64,000 nt of DNA from Candidatus Gottesmanbacteria bacterium (GCA_963790805.1 CAWBPL010000002.1:64696-128695); one strand, 5' to 3'. Positions 33,417 to 43,520 are shown, counted from the stretch's first letter. Translations and numbers: made by a program. Notes: generated from the sequence alone by a model not told the origin.

Positions 33417-34649
33417 TTATTGATATGTGCCCTTTCGAAGGTTCTCTTTATTAATCAATTCGTCTAACAATTCCCATCGTCGTTTTTTTTCTTTGTATGG
33501 AATGTCGTCTATATATACTTTGTGAGCTGCTGTCATCAATCGGTCCGAATACATAGATATATACGCTTTAGAAAACCCGACTTTACGAGCCAATGAAACG
33601 GTGTTGTTAAATTGTTCTTTCGATTCACCGCAAAAGCCGACGATTATATCCGTCGATATCGTAACGTCTGGAATTTGCTTCTTTAGTTTAGCCACAAGCG
33701 CTAAATATTCATCTCTCGTATACCAGCGGTTCATCTTCCGAAGCATTGTGGTGTCCCCTGATTGAACGGGCAAATGAATCCGGCGGGAGATCTTCTTGTT
33801 CTTTGCGATTGTTTCAATAAGCTCATCGGAAAAATCCCACGGGTTACTTGAAATAAAATCAACTGTTTCTATGCCTTTAATTTTTGATATTTCATCAAGC
33901 AGCTGGGGAAACAATGTCGGTATCCGAAGTCTTCCCAAGTGTTTTACAAACGTCGGTGAAACCGGTTTTCCTTTCAGTAAATACGTAACATGAATTTTTT
34001 TTGGAGATTCAAAGTATTTCGGACCTTCAACATCCCGTAAAACCTGAACATTCTTTTCCCCCAAAACAAGATCCGCCCCGTAGGAATTTACGTTCTGACC
34101 TACAAGGGTAATTGACGTATATCCCTCTTGTGCAAGCGCGTGGCATTCCAATAAAATATCGTCGAACGGCCGGCTTATTTCTCTTCCCCGCGTGAAAGGT
34201 ACTACGCAAAATGTGCAGAAGTTGTTACAACCGTTACTTATCGGTACCCATGCATGTGTTTGATCCGTACGAATCGGCGCATGGTCAAATCCGACTTCTT
34301 CAATCGGCAAAAACTCATCAACTGCAGGCATTTTTTTCTTTAATAATCCGAGCATTTTACCAGTCTTTTCGCGCACCGCCATACCCACCATGCAACCGGT
34401 CACAACAATTTTGAGTTTTCTTCCTTTTTGTTTTGCCTTTGCCAAATTATGTACCAAACCATAAATGCGGTCCTCCGCCGTTTGGCGAATCATACAGGTA
34501 TTTATAACCACATCGTCAGCATCATCGAGAGAATGAGCATGTGTAAATCCCCTCGATTGATAATACGAGGCAATCCGTTCGCTGTCCGCGACATTTGCGG
34601 CGCAACCGAAAGTTTGAATGAAGTATTTCATCGGATTGTATTGTAGCAA
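33417..34649 (-). CDS. miaB: radical-SAM methylthiotransferase MiaB-like, no C-terminal TRAM domain
   Basis: UPF0004 N-domain cysteines (FGCAAN, NTCMIR, TGCM) and a radical SAM CNNFCTFC motif. The protein ends about 25 aa after the radical-SAM core. Confidence 0.85.
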   Translation of the reverse strand: MLQYNPMKYFIQTFGCAANVADSERIASYYQSRGFTHAHSLDDADDVVINTCMIRQTAEDRIYGLVHNLAKAKQKGRKLKIVVTGCMVGMAVREKTGKMLGLLKKKMPAVDEFLPIEEVGFDHAPIRTDQTHAWVPISNGCNNFCTFCVVPFTRGREISRPFDDILLECHALAQEGYTSITLVGQNVNSYGADLVLGEKNVQVLRDVEGPKYFESPKKIHVTYLLKGKPVSPTFVKHLGRLRIPTLFPQLLDEISKIKGIETVDFISSNPWDFSDELIETIAKNKKISRRIHLPVQSGDTTMLRKMNRWYTRDEYLALVAKLKKQIPDVTISTDIIVGFCGESKEQFNNTVSLARKVGFSKAYISMYSDRLMTAAHKVYIDDIPYKEKKRRWELLDELINKENLRKGTYQ

Positions 34650-34674
34650 ACAAGTTGGTAAAAAAGAAGTAAAT

Positions 34675-35424
34675 TTAGCTCGTCAGAACAAACTTTTCCA
34701 GTACAGTCGCCACGCCATCTTCATAGACACTTGGTGCGATAAAATCAGCTATCGCCTTGAGCTCGGAAACGGCATTACCCATGGCAATTTTTAAGCCGCA
34801 GGCGGAAAGCAGAGGAAAATCATTATACCCGTCACCGACGCCAATAATTTGTTCTGTCTTAATATGTAAGAAATGTGAAACTTGAAGAATACCATGAAGT
34901 TTTGAGGCATTTGGGTGCGTTATGTGTATGCCCATATATTGTTTATCCCACGATGGAAGTTTTTGTATATTTACGTCTGGAATCTGTCTGAAAATTTTAA
35001 CAATGTCGTCTATCCGAGAAGGCACTATTCCCGACACATAAACACCTACAACCTTTTTCGGAAGATTCTCCCCTGTATACTCAAATTCCCTCGTACCATC
35101 ATGTAAAAATCCCCTAAGATGGTGTTTTTGACACATGGCAAGGACTTCAGGAACAAGTAGTTGATCAAGTGGCTGCTCGTAAATGATCTTCTTTTTTACG
35201 GGATCGTATATCTGTGTACCGTTCATAAGAATACATGGACCCGAGAGTTGCAAATAATCAATAATGGAAAACGCATCTTCCATAATCCGTGCTGTAGCGA
35301 TACACACATGAATTTTCAGTTTTGCCTTCTTTATTGCTTCTGTCACCCTCACGGAGGGAAGATTTTTTTTTCCATGAAGCACAGTAGTATCATCCAAATC
35401 CAACATGATGGCTTTATATTTCAT
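34675..35424 (-). CDS. HAD-superfamily hydrolase, Cof-type
   Basis: Motif I LDLDDT and motif IV GDGYNDFPL, with a cap-domain insertion. Confidence 0.85.
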   Translation of the reverse strand: MKYKAIMLDLDDTTVLHGKKNLPSVRVTEAIKKAKLKIHVCIATARIMEDAFSIIDYLQLSGPCILMNGTQIYDPVKKKIIYEQPLDQLLVPEVLAMCQKHHLRGFLHDGTREFEYTGENLPKKVVGVYVSGIVPSRIDDIVKIFRQIPDVNIQKLPSWDKQYMGIHITHPNASKLHGILQVSHFLHIKTEQIIGVGDGYNDFPLLSACGLKIAMGNAVSELKAIADFIAPSVYEDGVATVLEKFVLTS

Positions 35425-35436
35425 AAAAGAAGTAAT

Positions 35437-36330
35437 TTACTCTTTACCGACGATCACGCGGGCGTCATAGGACTGACTATTGTCAAGAGTGGCAGATGAC
35501 GTGCCTAACGTATATGTACCCTGAAGATCACTCTCAAGAAGCGGCAGATACGCCTGTTTCGAGGAGCTCACTAAAACGACTGTTTTATCGTAATTATAAT
35601 TATCAGCATTTCCTGTCGCTCCTACGGTATACCCTTTGCTTTCAAGAAAATTTTTCATTTTTGTCGCGGCCCCAGCTTTACCCCCTCCGTTTAATACCTG
35701 AATAGTGATTGCGTTTCGGGCAAGTGTAGATGGTGTAGGAGAAGGCGTTGTCTTTGAAGCAGGCATCGGGGTGGGTGTTGGTATAACGACAACAGAAGGC
35801 AACGACCCTCCTTTTCCTCTAAAGAAAAATAATCCCCCTCCGATAACTGCACACGCAACAAAAACACCAATAGCCCACACATATATAGACGAAGAACTCT
35901 TCGTGTGCACGGAAATCTCCGGCATTACTACCTGTTGTTCAGGTATTTTCTTTTGAAATATCTCATCTACCAGTTCTTTTCTTTTTTCTACTTCCTCTCC
36001 CGTGGGAGCCGTCATGGGCGGAGTATGTTGTATTTCTTCACTCATCTGTACGTCTTGTATGACTGGCTCTTGTATCGATTCTTTAACGGGTTCTTCGATT
36101 GGTTGCGCGTGATCTTGCGAAGCCTGTGGAACAGAGGTCTCCTGTTCGAGGGCAGCTACGGGTTTTTCTTTCGGCACCTCTTCTTCCACAACTTCGACAA
36201 CCTGAGTTACAGTCGGTCTTTTTTCTTCCTTCGCAACGGCGTCCTCCAGCGGCGCACTCGCTTGAACAGTTACTGACTTAACCGGTGATTTAACGGCCTT
36301 CTTTTTTCCCACCATACTCTTAGTGTACAC
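35437..36330 (-). CDS. LytR_C domain-containing membrane protein
   Basis: Acidic/Pro-rich N-terminus, a TM segment, and C-terminal ITIQVLNGGGKAGAATKMKNFLESKGYTV...DKTVVLV (LytR C-terminal domain). Confidence 0.7.
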   Translation of the reverse strand: MYTKSMVGKKKAVKSPVKSVTVQASAPLEDAVAKEEKRPTVTQVVEVVEEEVPKEKPVAALEQETSVPQASQDHAQPIEEPVKESIQEPVIQDVQMSEEIQHTPPMTAPTGEEVEKRKELVDEIFQKKIPEQQVVMPEISVHTKSSSSIYVWAIGVFVACAVIGGGLFFFRGKGGSLPSVVVIPTPTPMPASKTTPSPTPSTLARNAITIQVLNGGGKAGAATKMKNFLESKGYTVGATGNADNYNYDKTVVLVSSSKQAYLPLLESDLQGTYTLGTSSATLDNSQSYDARVIVGKE

Positions 36331-36384
36331 AATAGTGTCAATTTTGTCATTTAGGACCCTACAAGAGCAATAGTTAAACAGAAC

Positions 36385-36417
36385 AAAAAAGGAATCCCGA
36401 TTTCCATCGGGACTCCT
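36385..36417 (-). terminator. intrinsic terminator after the HU gene
   Basis: On the minus strand, GGAGTCCCGAT-ggaa-ATCGGGATTCC followed by a T run. Coordinates approximate. Confidence 0.7.
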
Positions 36418-36439
36418 ATCTTTTGGTTGTCTTCATTAT

Positions 36440-36724
36440 TTACCGGACAACTTTTTTCAGAGCCTTTCCTGCCGTAAATCCTGGCGTCTTGCGAGCTGGG
36501 ATTTGGATTGGTGCACCCGTTTGCGGGTTTCGGCCTGTTCGTGATTTGCGGGATCGTACCATAAATGTACCGAATCCGGTCACGACGACTTTATCGCCTT
36601 TCTTCAATGCATCCGTGATAGAACCAAATACGGCTGCGACTGATTCTCGAGCGGCTTTTGCAGTTAAATTTGCCTTTTTGGCAACAACTTCAACGAGATC
36701 TGCTTTGGTCATGTTATCATTCAC
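36440..36724 (-). CDS. hup: DNA-binding protein HU
   Basis: 94 aa: MTKADLVEVVAKKANLTAKAA...GFGTF..R.R..R.GRNPQTG..I.IPA. Confidence 0.95.
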   Translation of the reverse strand: MNDNMTKADLVEVVAKKANLTAKAARESVAAVFGSITDALKKGDKVVVTGFGTFMVRSRKSRTGRNPQTGAPIQIPARKTPGFTAGKALKKVVR

Positions 36725-36805
36725 CTCCTTTTGGACAGAAGGATAGAATAAGCTAAAAAAATTTTTGTCCCGCCCTAACGGGATCTACGAGGCAATGTAG
36801 TGAAT

Positions 36806-36834
36806 TTAGATTACTCTGTCAATATATCAATTTT
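36806..36834 (-). promoter_or_regulatory. candidate promoter TTGACA-N17-TACATT for hup
   Basis: Perfect -35 box. Flanked by the inverted repeat AATTTAGATT / AATCTAAATC. Confidence 0.4.
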
Positions 36835-36902
36835 TAGAGACTGCTGGATCAATCTAAATCAAAATGATATTACCGTTTATGTTGTTACAAAAAGAAAAAA
36901 GT

Positions 36903-37445
36903 TTATTTTGCGATAAATGATATTACTTCTTGGGGGGTTTTAGCGAAACAAAGAAGAGTATTAAGTTCAGGCGCAATAAATCCTTCTTTCTTCATTTTTT
37001 TCAGCTGGGCAATCAGATCATCGTAAAAATTATTGGTATTAAGAATAACGATTGGTTTGTTATGAACTGCCAATTTTTTTAAATCAATAATCTCAAAAGC
37101 CTCAGCGAGCGTTCCAAGACCTCCAACCAGAATTACGAAAGCATCACTTCTTTGAAACATGATTGCTTTTCGTTCTCCCATGTTTTTGGAAATAATCATT
37201 TCATCGACATTCTTCCGTGCAACATGCTTCAATAATTCAACTGATACGCCAATAAGTTTTCCACCACTTTCTTGTACGGCATCGGCTACTAATTTCATGA
37301 GTCCCCTATCGGATCCACCCCAAACCACGGAGTAACCTCTTTTTGCGAGCAGATGTACAAGCTCGACAGCGGGACGATTATATATATCGGCAAGATCGTT
37401 CGCCGAACAGAATACCGCGACATTCATATTATTTAGCAATTTCAC
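36903..37445 (-). CDS. LOG family / TIGR00730 Rossmann-fold nucleotide-binding protein
   Basis: GGSDRGLM and VGGLGTLAEAFE motifs (PGGxGTxxE family). Confidence 0.85.
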   Translation of the reverse strand: MKLLNNMNVAVFCSANDLADIYNRPAVELVHLLAKRGYSVVWGGSDRGLMKLVADAVQESGGKLIGVSVELLKHVARKNVDEMIISKNMGERKAIMFQRSDAFVILVGGLGTLAEAFEIIDLKKLAVHNKPIVILNTNNFYDDLIAQLKKMKKEGFIAPELNTLLCFAKTPQEVISFIAK

Positions 37446-38973
37446 TCGCGCGAAGTTCCCGAATCACGGTAATTTTAATCTGACCGGGATACGTGAGTTT
37501 TTCTTCCACTTCTTTTTTAATCTCCGACGCCATAACAGTTGCTGTGGCATCATCAACCTGACCGGGATCGACAAGAACGCGAAGTTCTCTTCCGGCCTGA
37601 AATGCGAACGACTCAACAACGCCTTTATGTGCTTTTGCTATCCCCTCAAGGTCAGTAAGGCGCTTAATATAGTCCTCGTGATTTTCGTAGCGCGCACCTG
37701 GTCTACTTCCTGAAATCGCATCAGAGATATAAACAAGCGTCGACTCCACTGATGTAAATGGTGTATCTTCATGATGCTGCGCCACACAATCAGTAACTTT
37801 TTGCGGCATGCCGTATTTGCGAAGAAGCTCAACGCCCAGCTGCACATGACTGCCTTCTTTGTCCATGATTACTTTACCAATGTCGTGAAGCAGACATCCA
37901 AGCCGGACGGTATTAACATCAGCTTTAACTTCCTGCGCGAGAGCTATACCGATTTTGGTTTCCTCAAGCGTATGGGCGATCATATTCTGACCATACGAGA
38001 ATCGGTATTTAAATCTCCCAAGCAGCGCAACAAGTGGAGCCGGTAAATTGTAAACTCCGACTGCGTGGCAGAGTTTCTGCCCTTCTTCAAACATGATTCT
38101 GTCAAGTTCTTTTTTCACCTGTTCAATGATTTCTTCAATTCGTCCTGGTTGTACTCGTCCATCACGAAGAAGTCGTTCGAGAGTAACTCTCGCAACTTCA
38201 CGTCGAACCGGATCAAAACAGGACAATCGAATGACTCCCTCTTCGTCTAGATCCACATCCACTCCCGTTGCTTGTTCAAATGTCCTAATATTCCGTCCTT
38301 CTTTCCCGATAATGCGGCCTTTCATATCCTCGTCCGTAATTTTGATAACCGACACCGTATATTCTGGCACGTAATCAGTAGCTCCATGTCGCATCGCATC
38401 TACCAATATTTCTTTTGCTTTTGCATCGGCTTCTTCCTGAGCACGAATGGTCTCTTCTTTGATTTCTTTCGCAACATCTTCTTTAAGCTGCATTCTGACT
38501 GCTTCCATGACAACTTTTGAAGCTTCATCCTTTGTCATGTGGGCTACTTTTTCCAATTTTACAAGCTGTTCTTTTCTAATCTTCTCAAGGTCTTCAATGC
38601 GCGCTGCTACTTGAAGTTCAAGCACTTTTAATTGTTTATCCTTCTCCTCAAGTGCCCCTTCTCTCCTATCAATCGCTTCAAACTTCCGTCTTGCCTCATC
38701 TTCTGATTCACGACGGATTCGAAATGCTTCATCTTTTGCTTCTACGACTAATTCGCGTGCTTTCGCTTCGGCGATTTTAACTGCCGCTTCAACATCAATT
38801 GACGGTTGAGTAACTATTTTGGGCGGAATCGGCTTTGATGGCTCAATTTTCGGCTGCACTACGGGAGCACTTGGAGCTTTAACGGCCACCTGCGGTTTGC
38901 CTGCTTTTCCTCTTTTGGTTTTGACTAATCCTGAAAGTGTCTTTAATACTTCAAACATATATGCCTTTCTCAA
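37429..38973 (-). CDS. rny: ribonuclease Y
   Basis: N-terminal anchor/coiled coil, KH domain (GRIIGKEGRNIR), HD domain (LLHDIGK). Confidence 0.92.
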   Translation of the reverse strand: MRKAYMFEVLKTLSGLVKTKRGKAGKPQVAVKAPSAPVVQPKIEPSKPIPPKIVTQPSIDVEAAVKIAEAKARELVVEAKDEAFRIRRESEDEARRKFEAIDRREGALEEKDKQLKVLELQVAARIEDLEKIRKEQLVKLEKVAHMTKDEASKVVMEAVRMQLKEDVAKEIKEETIRAQEEADAKAKEILVDAMRHGATDYVPEYTVSVIKITDEDMKGRIIGKEGRNIRTFEQATGVDVDLDEEGVIRLSCFDPVRREVARVTLERLLRDGRVQPGRIEEIIEQVKKELDRIMFEEGQKLCHAVGVYNLPAPLVALLGRFKYRFSYGQNMIAHTLEETKIGIALAQEVKADVNTVRLGCLLHDIGKVIMDKEGSHVQLGVELLRKYGMPQKVTDCVAQHHEDTPFTSVESTLVYISDAISGSRPGARYENHEDYIKRLTDLEGIAKAHKGVVESFAFQAGRELRVLVDPGQVDDATATVMASEIKKEVEEKLTYPGQIKITVIRELRASEIAK

Positions 38974-39203
38974 GAAACTTATCTGAAAAACTCAAATAAG
39001 CATGCTTGTTAAATAAGATAATTTTGACTGAATATAATTGGGGACCCTAAAACGAAGAAAACGCAAAATCTCCCGATTACGAATCAGGGTGATGTGTAGG
39101 AGAGAACAATGATAATTTTAAATACATAAATCCTACAAAATTGCGATTGTTTATCTTCGATAGAGTCTCAATCAAATACGCGATTAATCGAATATTTGTA
39201 AGC

Positions 39204-39704
39204 CTAATTGTATTCTTTTTTGACCACCTCGTCAATGATTTTTTCGATAGTATCAGAGGAAAACCCTCTTTGAGCTAAAAAAGTATACAGTTTCTTTTTG
39301 TATTCAATTGTAGGTAATCGTGCCCACAGGACAAGCTTTTTTTTAATAGCCTTTTGGGCGCCCTCAAGCTCATTAAACGGCGTTTCAACGCTCCTCCCTG
39401 AAAATGCCTCCTCAATTGTCTGTCGCGGTATACCCTTCCGCAAAAGCTCCAATGTGAGCAGTCTTTTGCCTTTTGGACGAAATTCGCTCCGTTGATCGAT
39501 CCACCATGAAACAAATTTGCTGTCATCCACATATCCTAACTCCTGCATCCTTTTAATGACTTTTTGAATAAGTACGCTTCCCGATACTTTCCATTTCACT
39601 AATTTTTTAGAAAGAAAATCCGTAAGTTCCTTTTCACTTCGAGGTCTATATGAAACAAACCGAAGGGCAGAATTAACAAGTATTTCGTAATAGGGGTTAT
39701 CCAT
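39204..39704 (-). CDS. recX: recombination regulator RecX
   Basis: Three-helix repeat protein (ALRFVSYRPRSEKELTDFLSKK...). The track ORF extends to 39902 only by reading through the tRNA gene, so I prefer the ATG at 39704 (MDNPYYE). Confidence 0.75.
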   Translation of the reverse strand: MDNPYYEILVNSALRFVSYRPRSEKELTDFLSKKLVKWKVSGSVLIQKVIKRMQELGYVDDSKFVSWWIDQRSEFRPKGKRLLTLELLRKGIPRQTIEEAFSGRSVETPFNELEGAQKAIKKKLVLWARLPTIEYKKKLYTFLAQRGFSSDTIEKIIDEVVKKEYN

Positions 39705-39731
39705 TTGGTCGGGGTAGGCAGACTTGTCCCA

Positions 39732-39812
39732 GAAATTCTTTCCGCTTTTGAGCGGAATTAGAATTTCGGGATCCCGCATTCTAATCCCGCCAAAGGCGGG
39801 AAAGAAATGCGG
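39732..39812 (-). other. two strong hairpins between tRNA-Pro and recX (processing or terminator-like structured spacer)
   Basis: Hairpin A 39774-39812: CCGCATT...CCCGC/GCGGG...AATGCGG. Hairpin B 39732-39767: GAAATTCT-TTCCGC-loop-GCGGAA-tt-AGAATTTC. Confidence 0.5.
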
Positions 39813-39832
39813 AAAACTGCCAAACCTCCTAG

Positions 39833-39906
39833 TCGGGGTGACTCGACTCGAACGAGCAACCGCTCGCACCCCATGCGAGTGCGCTAGCCAATTGCGCCAC
39901 ACCCCG
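39833..39906 (-). tRNA. tRNA-Pro (anticodon GGG), CCA not encoded
   Basis: Manual cloverleaf: acceptor CGGGGTG/CACCCCG, D stem GCGC/GCGC, anticodon stem CTCGC/GCGAG with loop A-T-GGG-G-T, T arm GCTCG-TTCGAGT-CGAGT. 74 nt. Confidence 0.9.
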
Positions 39907-39965
39907 TGAGTCCTTGTATTCTATCATCTTTTGTGTAAAAATGGGATGAATTTAAAAACGCATCT

Positions 39966-40730
39966 ATGGGACCACTTCTTATCATCGTAATCATTCTCTT
40001 TATTATCCTCATGGTGTCATTTCGCATTCTGCAGGAATATGAACGCGGGGTGATATTTTTCTTAGGTCGTGTAACCGGCGTTCGCGGACCGGGAATGATT
40101 ATCCTTATCCCATTTTTAGAAACTTTAACCAAAGTAACACTCCAGACCATTACGATGGATATCCCGTCACAAAAAATTATCACAAAAGACAATGTTTCTA
40201 TAGACATCGCAGCCGTGGCATACTACCACATTGTCGATCCTCAAAAATCGGTTATAGCAGTTCAAGATGTGAGATACGCAGTAAACCAGATCAGCCAGAC
40301 GACCGTGCGCAACGTTGTCGGACAGTTTATGCTTGACCAGCTTTTATCAAAAACCAAAGATATCAACACCCAAATTAAGAACGTGATTGACGACCATACT
40401 GAACCGTGGGGTGTACAGGTTACGGCCGTAGAAATTAAAGATATTACGCTTCCCGATAATATGCAGCGCGCGATGGCCAAAGAAGCAGAGGCAGAACGCG
40501 AACGCCGCGCAAAAATTGTAGCCGCTGAAGGCGAATTCCAAGCAGCCCAAAAGTTAGGAGAAGCATCTGATCTTATTCAAAAACATCCGGTCGCCTTGCA
40601 ACTTCGAACTCTCCAAACAATGGCTGAAATCGCAACCGAAAAAAATTCAACAATTATTTTCCCCGCCCAGTTTATGACGACAGTACAGGAAGCATTTAAA
40701 GTACTAAAGGCAGATTCATCAAAAAAATAA
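39966..40730 (+). CDS. SPFH/band-7 domain protein (stomatin/HflK-C-like)
   Basis: N-terminal TM segment then [15 protein letters not shown]...[21 protein letters not shown], and a coiled-coil tail [14 protein letters not shown]. Confidence 0.9.
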   Translation: MGPLLIIVIILFIILMVSFRILQEYERGVIFFLGRVTGVRGPGMIILIPFLETLTKVTLQTITMDIPSQKIITKDNVSIDIAAVAYYHIVDPQKSVIAVQDVRYAVNQISQTTVRNVVGQFMLDQLLSKTKDINTQIKNVIDDHTEPWGVQVTAVEIKDITLPDNMQRAMAKEAEAERERRAKIVAAEGEFQAAQKLGEASDLIQKHPVALQLRTLQTMAEIATEKNSTIIFPAQFMTTVQEAFKVLKADSSKK

Positions 40731-40760
40731 ATTTCACCTGACCCGTTGAAAGGAGTTCGT

Positions 40761-41798
40761 ATGACAGTCGATGCAAAACTTCAGGCAATACAACTTGCCA
40801 TGGATCAAATAGAAAAACAGTATGGCAAAGGTTCCATCATGAAACTCGGGGAAAAACAGGCCAGCAAAATGGCTATCGATGTCATCCCTACGGGAATACT
40901 CGCGTTAGATCTGGCTCTCGGTGTTGGCGGACTTCCGCGCGGACGCATAGTTGAAATATACGGCCCTGAAGCATCCGGAAAAACCAGCGTTTGTTTATCT
41001 ACAATTGCTGAAGCACAGAAAATCGGCGGAGTCGCCGCGTTTATTGATGCAGAACATGCGCTTGACCCGCAATGGGCAGAAGTATTGGGAGTAAAACTTG
41101 ATGATCTTCTCATCTCGCAACCGGATACCGGCGAGCAGGCACTCGAAATTGCCGAAACACTCATCCGAAGCGGGGGCGTGGATGTCATTGTTATTGATTC
41201 AGTTGCAGCTCTTGTTCCAAGGGCAGAAATAGAAGGCGAAATGGGTGACAGCATGATGGGCGTACAGGCGCGGCTTATGTCACAGGCACTGCGGAAACTT
41301 ACCGCCGTCATATCCAAATCCAAAGCGGTCGTCATATTTACCAATCAATTACGTCAAAAAATCGGCGTGATGTTTGGTAACCCTGAAACAACCACAGGCG
41401 GTATGGCTTTGAAGTTTTATGCCAGCATCCGCATGGACGCCCGAAAAATTGAAAGCTTAAAAGATGGAGATAAAGTGATCGGCAGCAAACACAGAGTCCG
41501 TGTGGTGAAAAATAAAGTATCTCCACCATTTCGGGTTGCCGAATTCGACATGATGCATGACGGAGTTTCCAAAGAAGGCGGTTTAATTGATGTCGCTCTA
41601 GAATTTGGAATACTGACCAAATCCGGCGCATTCATTAAACACGGCGCGACCATGATTGCACAGGGCAAAGAGGCCGCAAAACTCTATTTCAAGGAACATC
41701 CGAAGTTGGCAAAAGAACTGCAGGATGCCATCTGGAAAGCCGTCAAATCGGGCAACACGCAACCCAAAGTTGCAATGGGTGTGGAAGAGAAAGAATAA
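40761..41798 (+). CDS. recA: recombinase RecA
   Basis: [11 protein letters not shown], Walker [33 protein letters not shown] Shine-Dalgarno precedes the ATG at 40761 (track start is TTG at 40746). Confidence 0.97.
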   Translation: MTVDAKLQAIQLAMDQIEKQYGKGSIMKLGEKQASKMAIDVIPTGILALDLALGVGGLPRGRIVEIYGPEASGKTSVCLSTIAEAQKIGGVAAFIDAEHALDPQWAEVLGVKLDDLLISQPDTGEQALEIAETLIRSGGVDVIVIDSVAALVPRAEIEGEMGDSMMGVQARLMSQALRKLTAVISKSKAVVIFTNQLRQKIGVMFGNPETTTGGMALKFYASIRMDARKIESLKDGDKVIGSKHRVRVVKNKVSPPFRVAEFDMMHDGVSKEGGLIDVALEFGILTKSGAFIKHGATMIAQGKEAAKLYFKEHPKLAKELQDAIWKAVKSGNTQPKVAMGVEEKE

Positions 41799-41807
41799 AT
41801 AGCAATT

Positions 41808-42677
41808 TTAGAACAAAGGACAAACAGCAGAAATGTCAACTTGCCCGGGGAATTCTTTTTCCAATCGCTTCCAATCACTCTCTTCCATTGTCCAATCAAT
41901 CGCCGCGAGATTTTCGGAAAGATGCTTGGGATTTCGCATTTTGGACATAGTAACCACATTCTTCTGATGAATAAGCCAGTTAATAGCCACCTGCGCGAGA
42001 GTCTTTCCGTATTTCTTACAAATATCGCCAACTACATCTGATTGAGTTAAAAGAAGCATTCCCCCCTCAGTAGGTCGATATGCAATAAGCATCACATCGT
42101 TTTTCTCACAATAATCAACGAGTCCTTTTTTCGCTGATTCTCGGCACTGCAGGTTGTAATGGACCTGATTAGCGACAATGGGATATTTGCAATATGACTG
42201 CGCTTCTTTCAAGCCTTCTACGGAAAAATTGCTGACACCGATATGTTTTATTTTCTTCGTGACAATCAACTTTTCCATTGCTTTCATTGTTTCTGAAAGA
42301 GGGATATCGTGGTTTGGGGCATGAATGAGATACAAATCTATGTATGATGTTTGTAAGCGTTTCAGAGAACCTTCCGCGGACTGGAGAACATCATCATAAT
42401 GCAAATGCGAGTCAGAAACTTTGGTCACAAGAAATATCTTTTTTCGGTCAAGAGCATGAAGTGCTTCCCCTACTAATTCTTCTGTATGACCGGCAGCATA
42501 TTTTTCTGCCGTATCGATATGTGTAATCCCTGCTTCTACCGCCGCTTGAATCGCTCTGATATCCGCTTCATCATCGTTATTGTGATCACGTTCCATCTTC
42601 CCGCCCATCTCCCACGTTCCCAGTCCGAATATTGGCATTGAAAATCCGTTGCGCAATGTTTTAAGAGGAATTTTCAT
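41808..42677 (-). CDS. aldo/keto reductase
   Basis: AKR catalytic tetrad context (IDTAEKY, LVTKV, LIHAP). 289 aa. Confidence 0.88.
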   Translation of the reverse strand: MKIPLKTLRNGFSMPIFGLGTWEMGGKMERDHNNDDEADIRAIQAAVEAGITHIDTAEKYAAGHTEELVGEALHALDRKKIFLVTKVSDSHLHYDDVLQSAEGSLKRLQTSYIDLYLIHAPNHDIPLSETMKAMEKLIVTKKIKHIGVSNFSVEGLKEAQSYCKYPIVANQVHYNLQCRESAKKGLVDYCEKNDVMLIAYRPTEGGMLLLTQSDVVGDICKKYGKTLAQVAINWLIHQKNVVTMSKMRNPKHLSENLAAIDWTMEESDWKRLEKEFPGQVDISAVCPLF

Positions 42678-42709
42678 AATTAGTCGTTATCAATATTATA
42701 AACGTTCAT

Positions 42710-43474
42710 TTAACAAATTTGCTTTTTAAAGAGATTAACCCGATCTTTGCTGATCCATTGCAAACCGCCTTTTTCGCGTGACGTTGTCCATAAAGCAATA
42801 ATATCTTTATTCACTTTCTCTTGCGCATTGCGAAGCAATAATATATCACCTATTGCAGCAAGAAGCGTATCTTTTTGCCGCACCATGTCTCGAACTTTCG
42901 TATCTGGATATCGAGAAAATTGTGCAGTAAACACCCGTTCAAGAAAATGACATAAAACAAAATGAACCATCGCAGCAGGTTGTAATCCTTTTGTGTGTCC
43001 CCAGATTGCGTAATCTGCCTCTTTGGAAGCACCATCACTCAACTCACCGCCCTTCTTAGCTAATCGATGACCTTCAGTCATACGATGAGACAGATCATTG
43101 ACCGCTTCGGTAAATATGGATGACTGAGGATTCACACCCTGTGTAATTGCAACAAATAATCGTTTTTGACCTTCAGACCCAAGCGTTTCAAGAAAATCTT
43201 CCAAACCGCCGCGGGCAGCTGTTCCATGAGCAATTCCTAATACCTTACATTGTATGTTTGCTACACGAACTTTATTAATATCAGACTTTTGTATAGTACT
43301 AATATCTTTAATAATAAAAAGATATTCTGTATACCACTTTGAGATATACTCAAAGGGATCCATACCAAAAAATATATTATTTTTATCTTCAACAGCTCTA
43401 ATGGCTTCCTTGAGTTCGGGAAGATGCCGAAGATGTTCAATAACCTCTTGTATCACCGCATGAGAGCAATTCAT
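42710..43474 (-). CDS. hypothetical protein
   Basis: 254 aa from the internal ATG (MNCSHAVIQEV). The track start at 43600 overlaps rpsI. No motif I recognise. Confidence 0.5.
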   Translation of the reverse strand: MNCSHAVIQEVIEHLRHLPELKEAIRAVEDKNNIFFGMDPFEYISKWYTEYLFIIKDISTIQKSDINKVRVANIQCKVLGIAHGTAARGGLEDFLETLGSEGQKRLFVAITQGVNPQSSIFTEAVNDLSHRMTEGHRLAKKGGELSDGASKEADYAIWGHTKGLQPAAMVHFVLCHFLERVFTAQFSRYPDTKVRDMVRQKDTLLAAIGDILLLRNAQEKVNKDIIALWTTSREKGGLQWISKDRVNLFKKQIC

Positions 43475-43520
43475 ATGATCTACCCTGAATAGTATACAAA
43501 AAAAATGAAAAGAGTAAAAT

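Noticed and set aside
38974-39203. 230-nt region upstream of rny, examined for a riboswitch or sRNA
   Set aside because: I found only a weak bulged hairpin (CCCGATT-acg-AATCAGGG) and no convincing promoter/terminator pair or known motif, so there is not enough evidence for a feature.
39705-39909. N-terminal 66 aa of the 232-aa track ORF (39204-39902) and the plus-strand ORF 39724-39909
   Set aside because: Both read through the tRNA-Pro gene and the structured spacer. RecX homology starts at the internal Met (39704).
40805-41344. 179-aa ORF antisense to recA, plus two more antisense ORFs at 41338-41668
   Set aside because: These are shadow frames of recA. Their Ser/Ala/Pro-rich composition has no start context.
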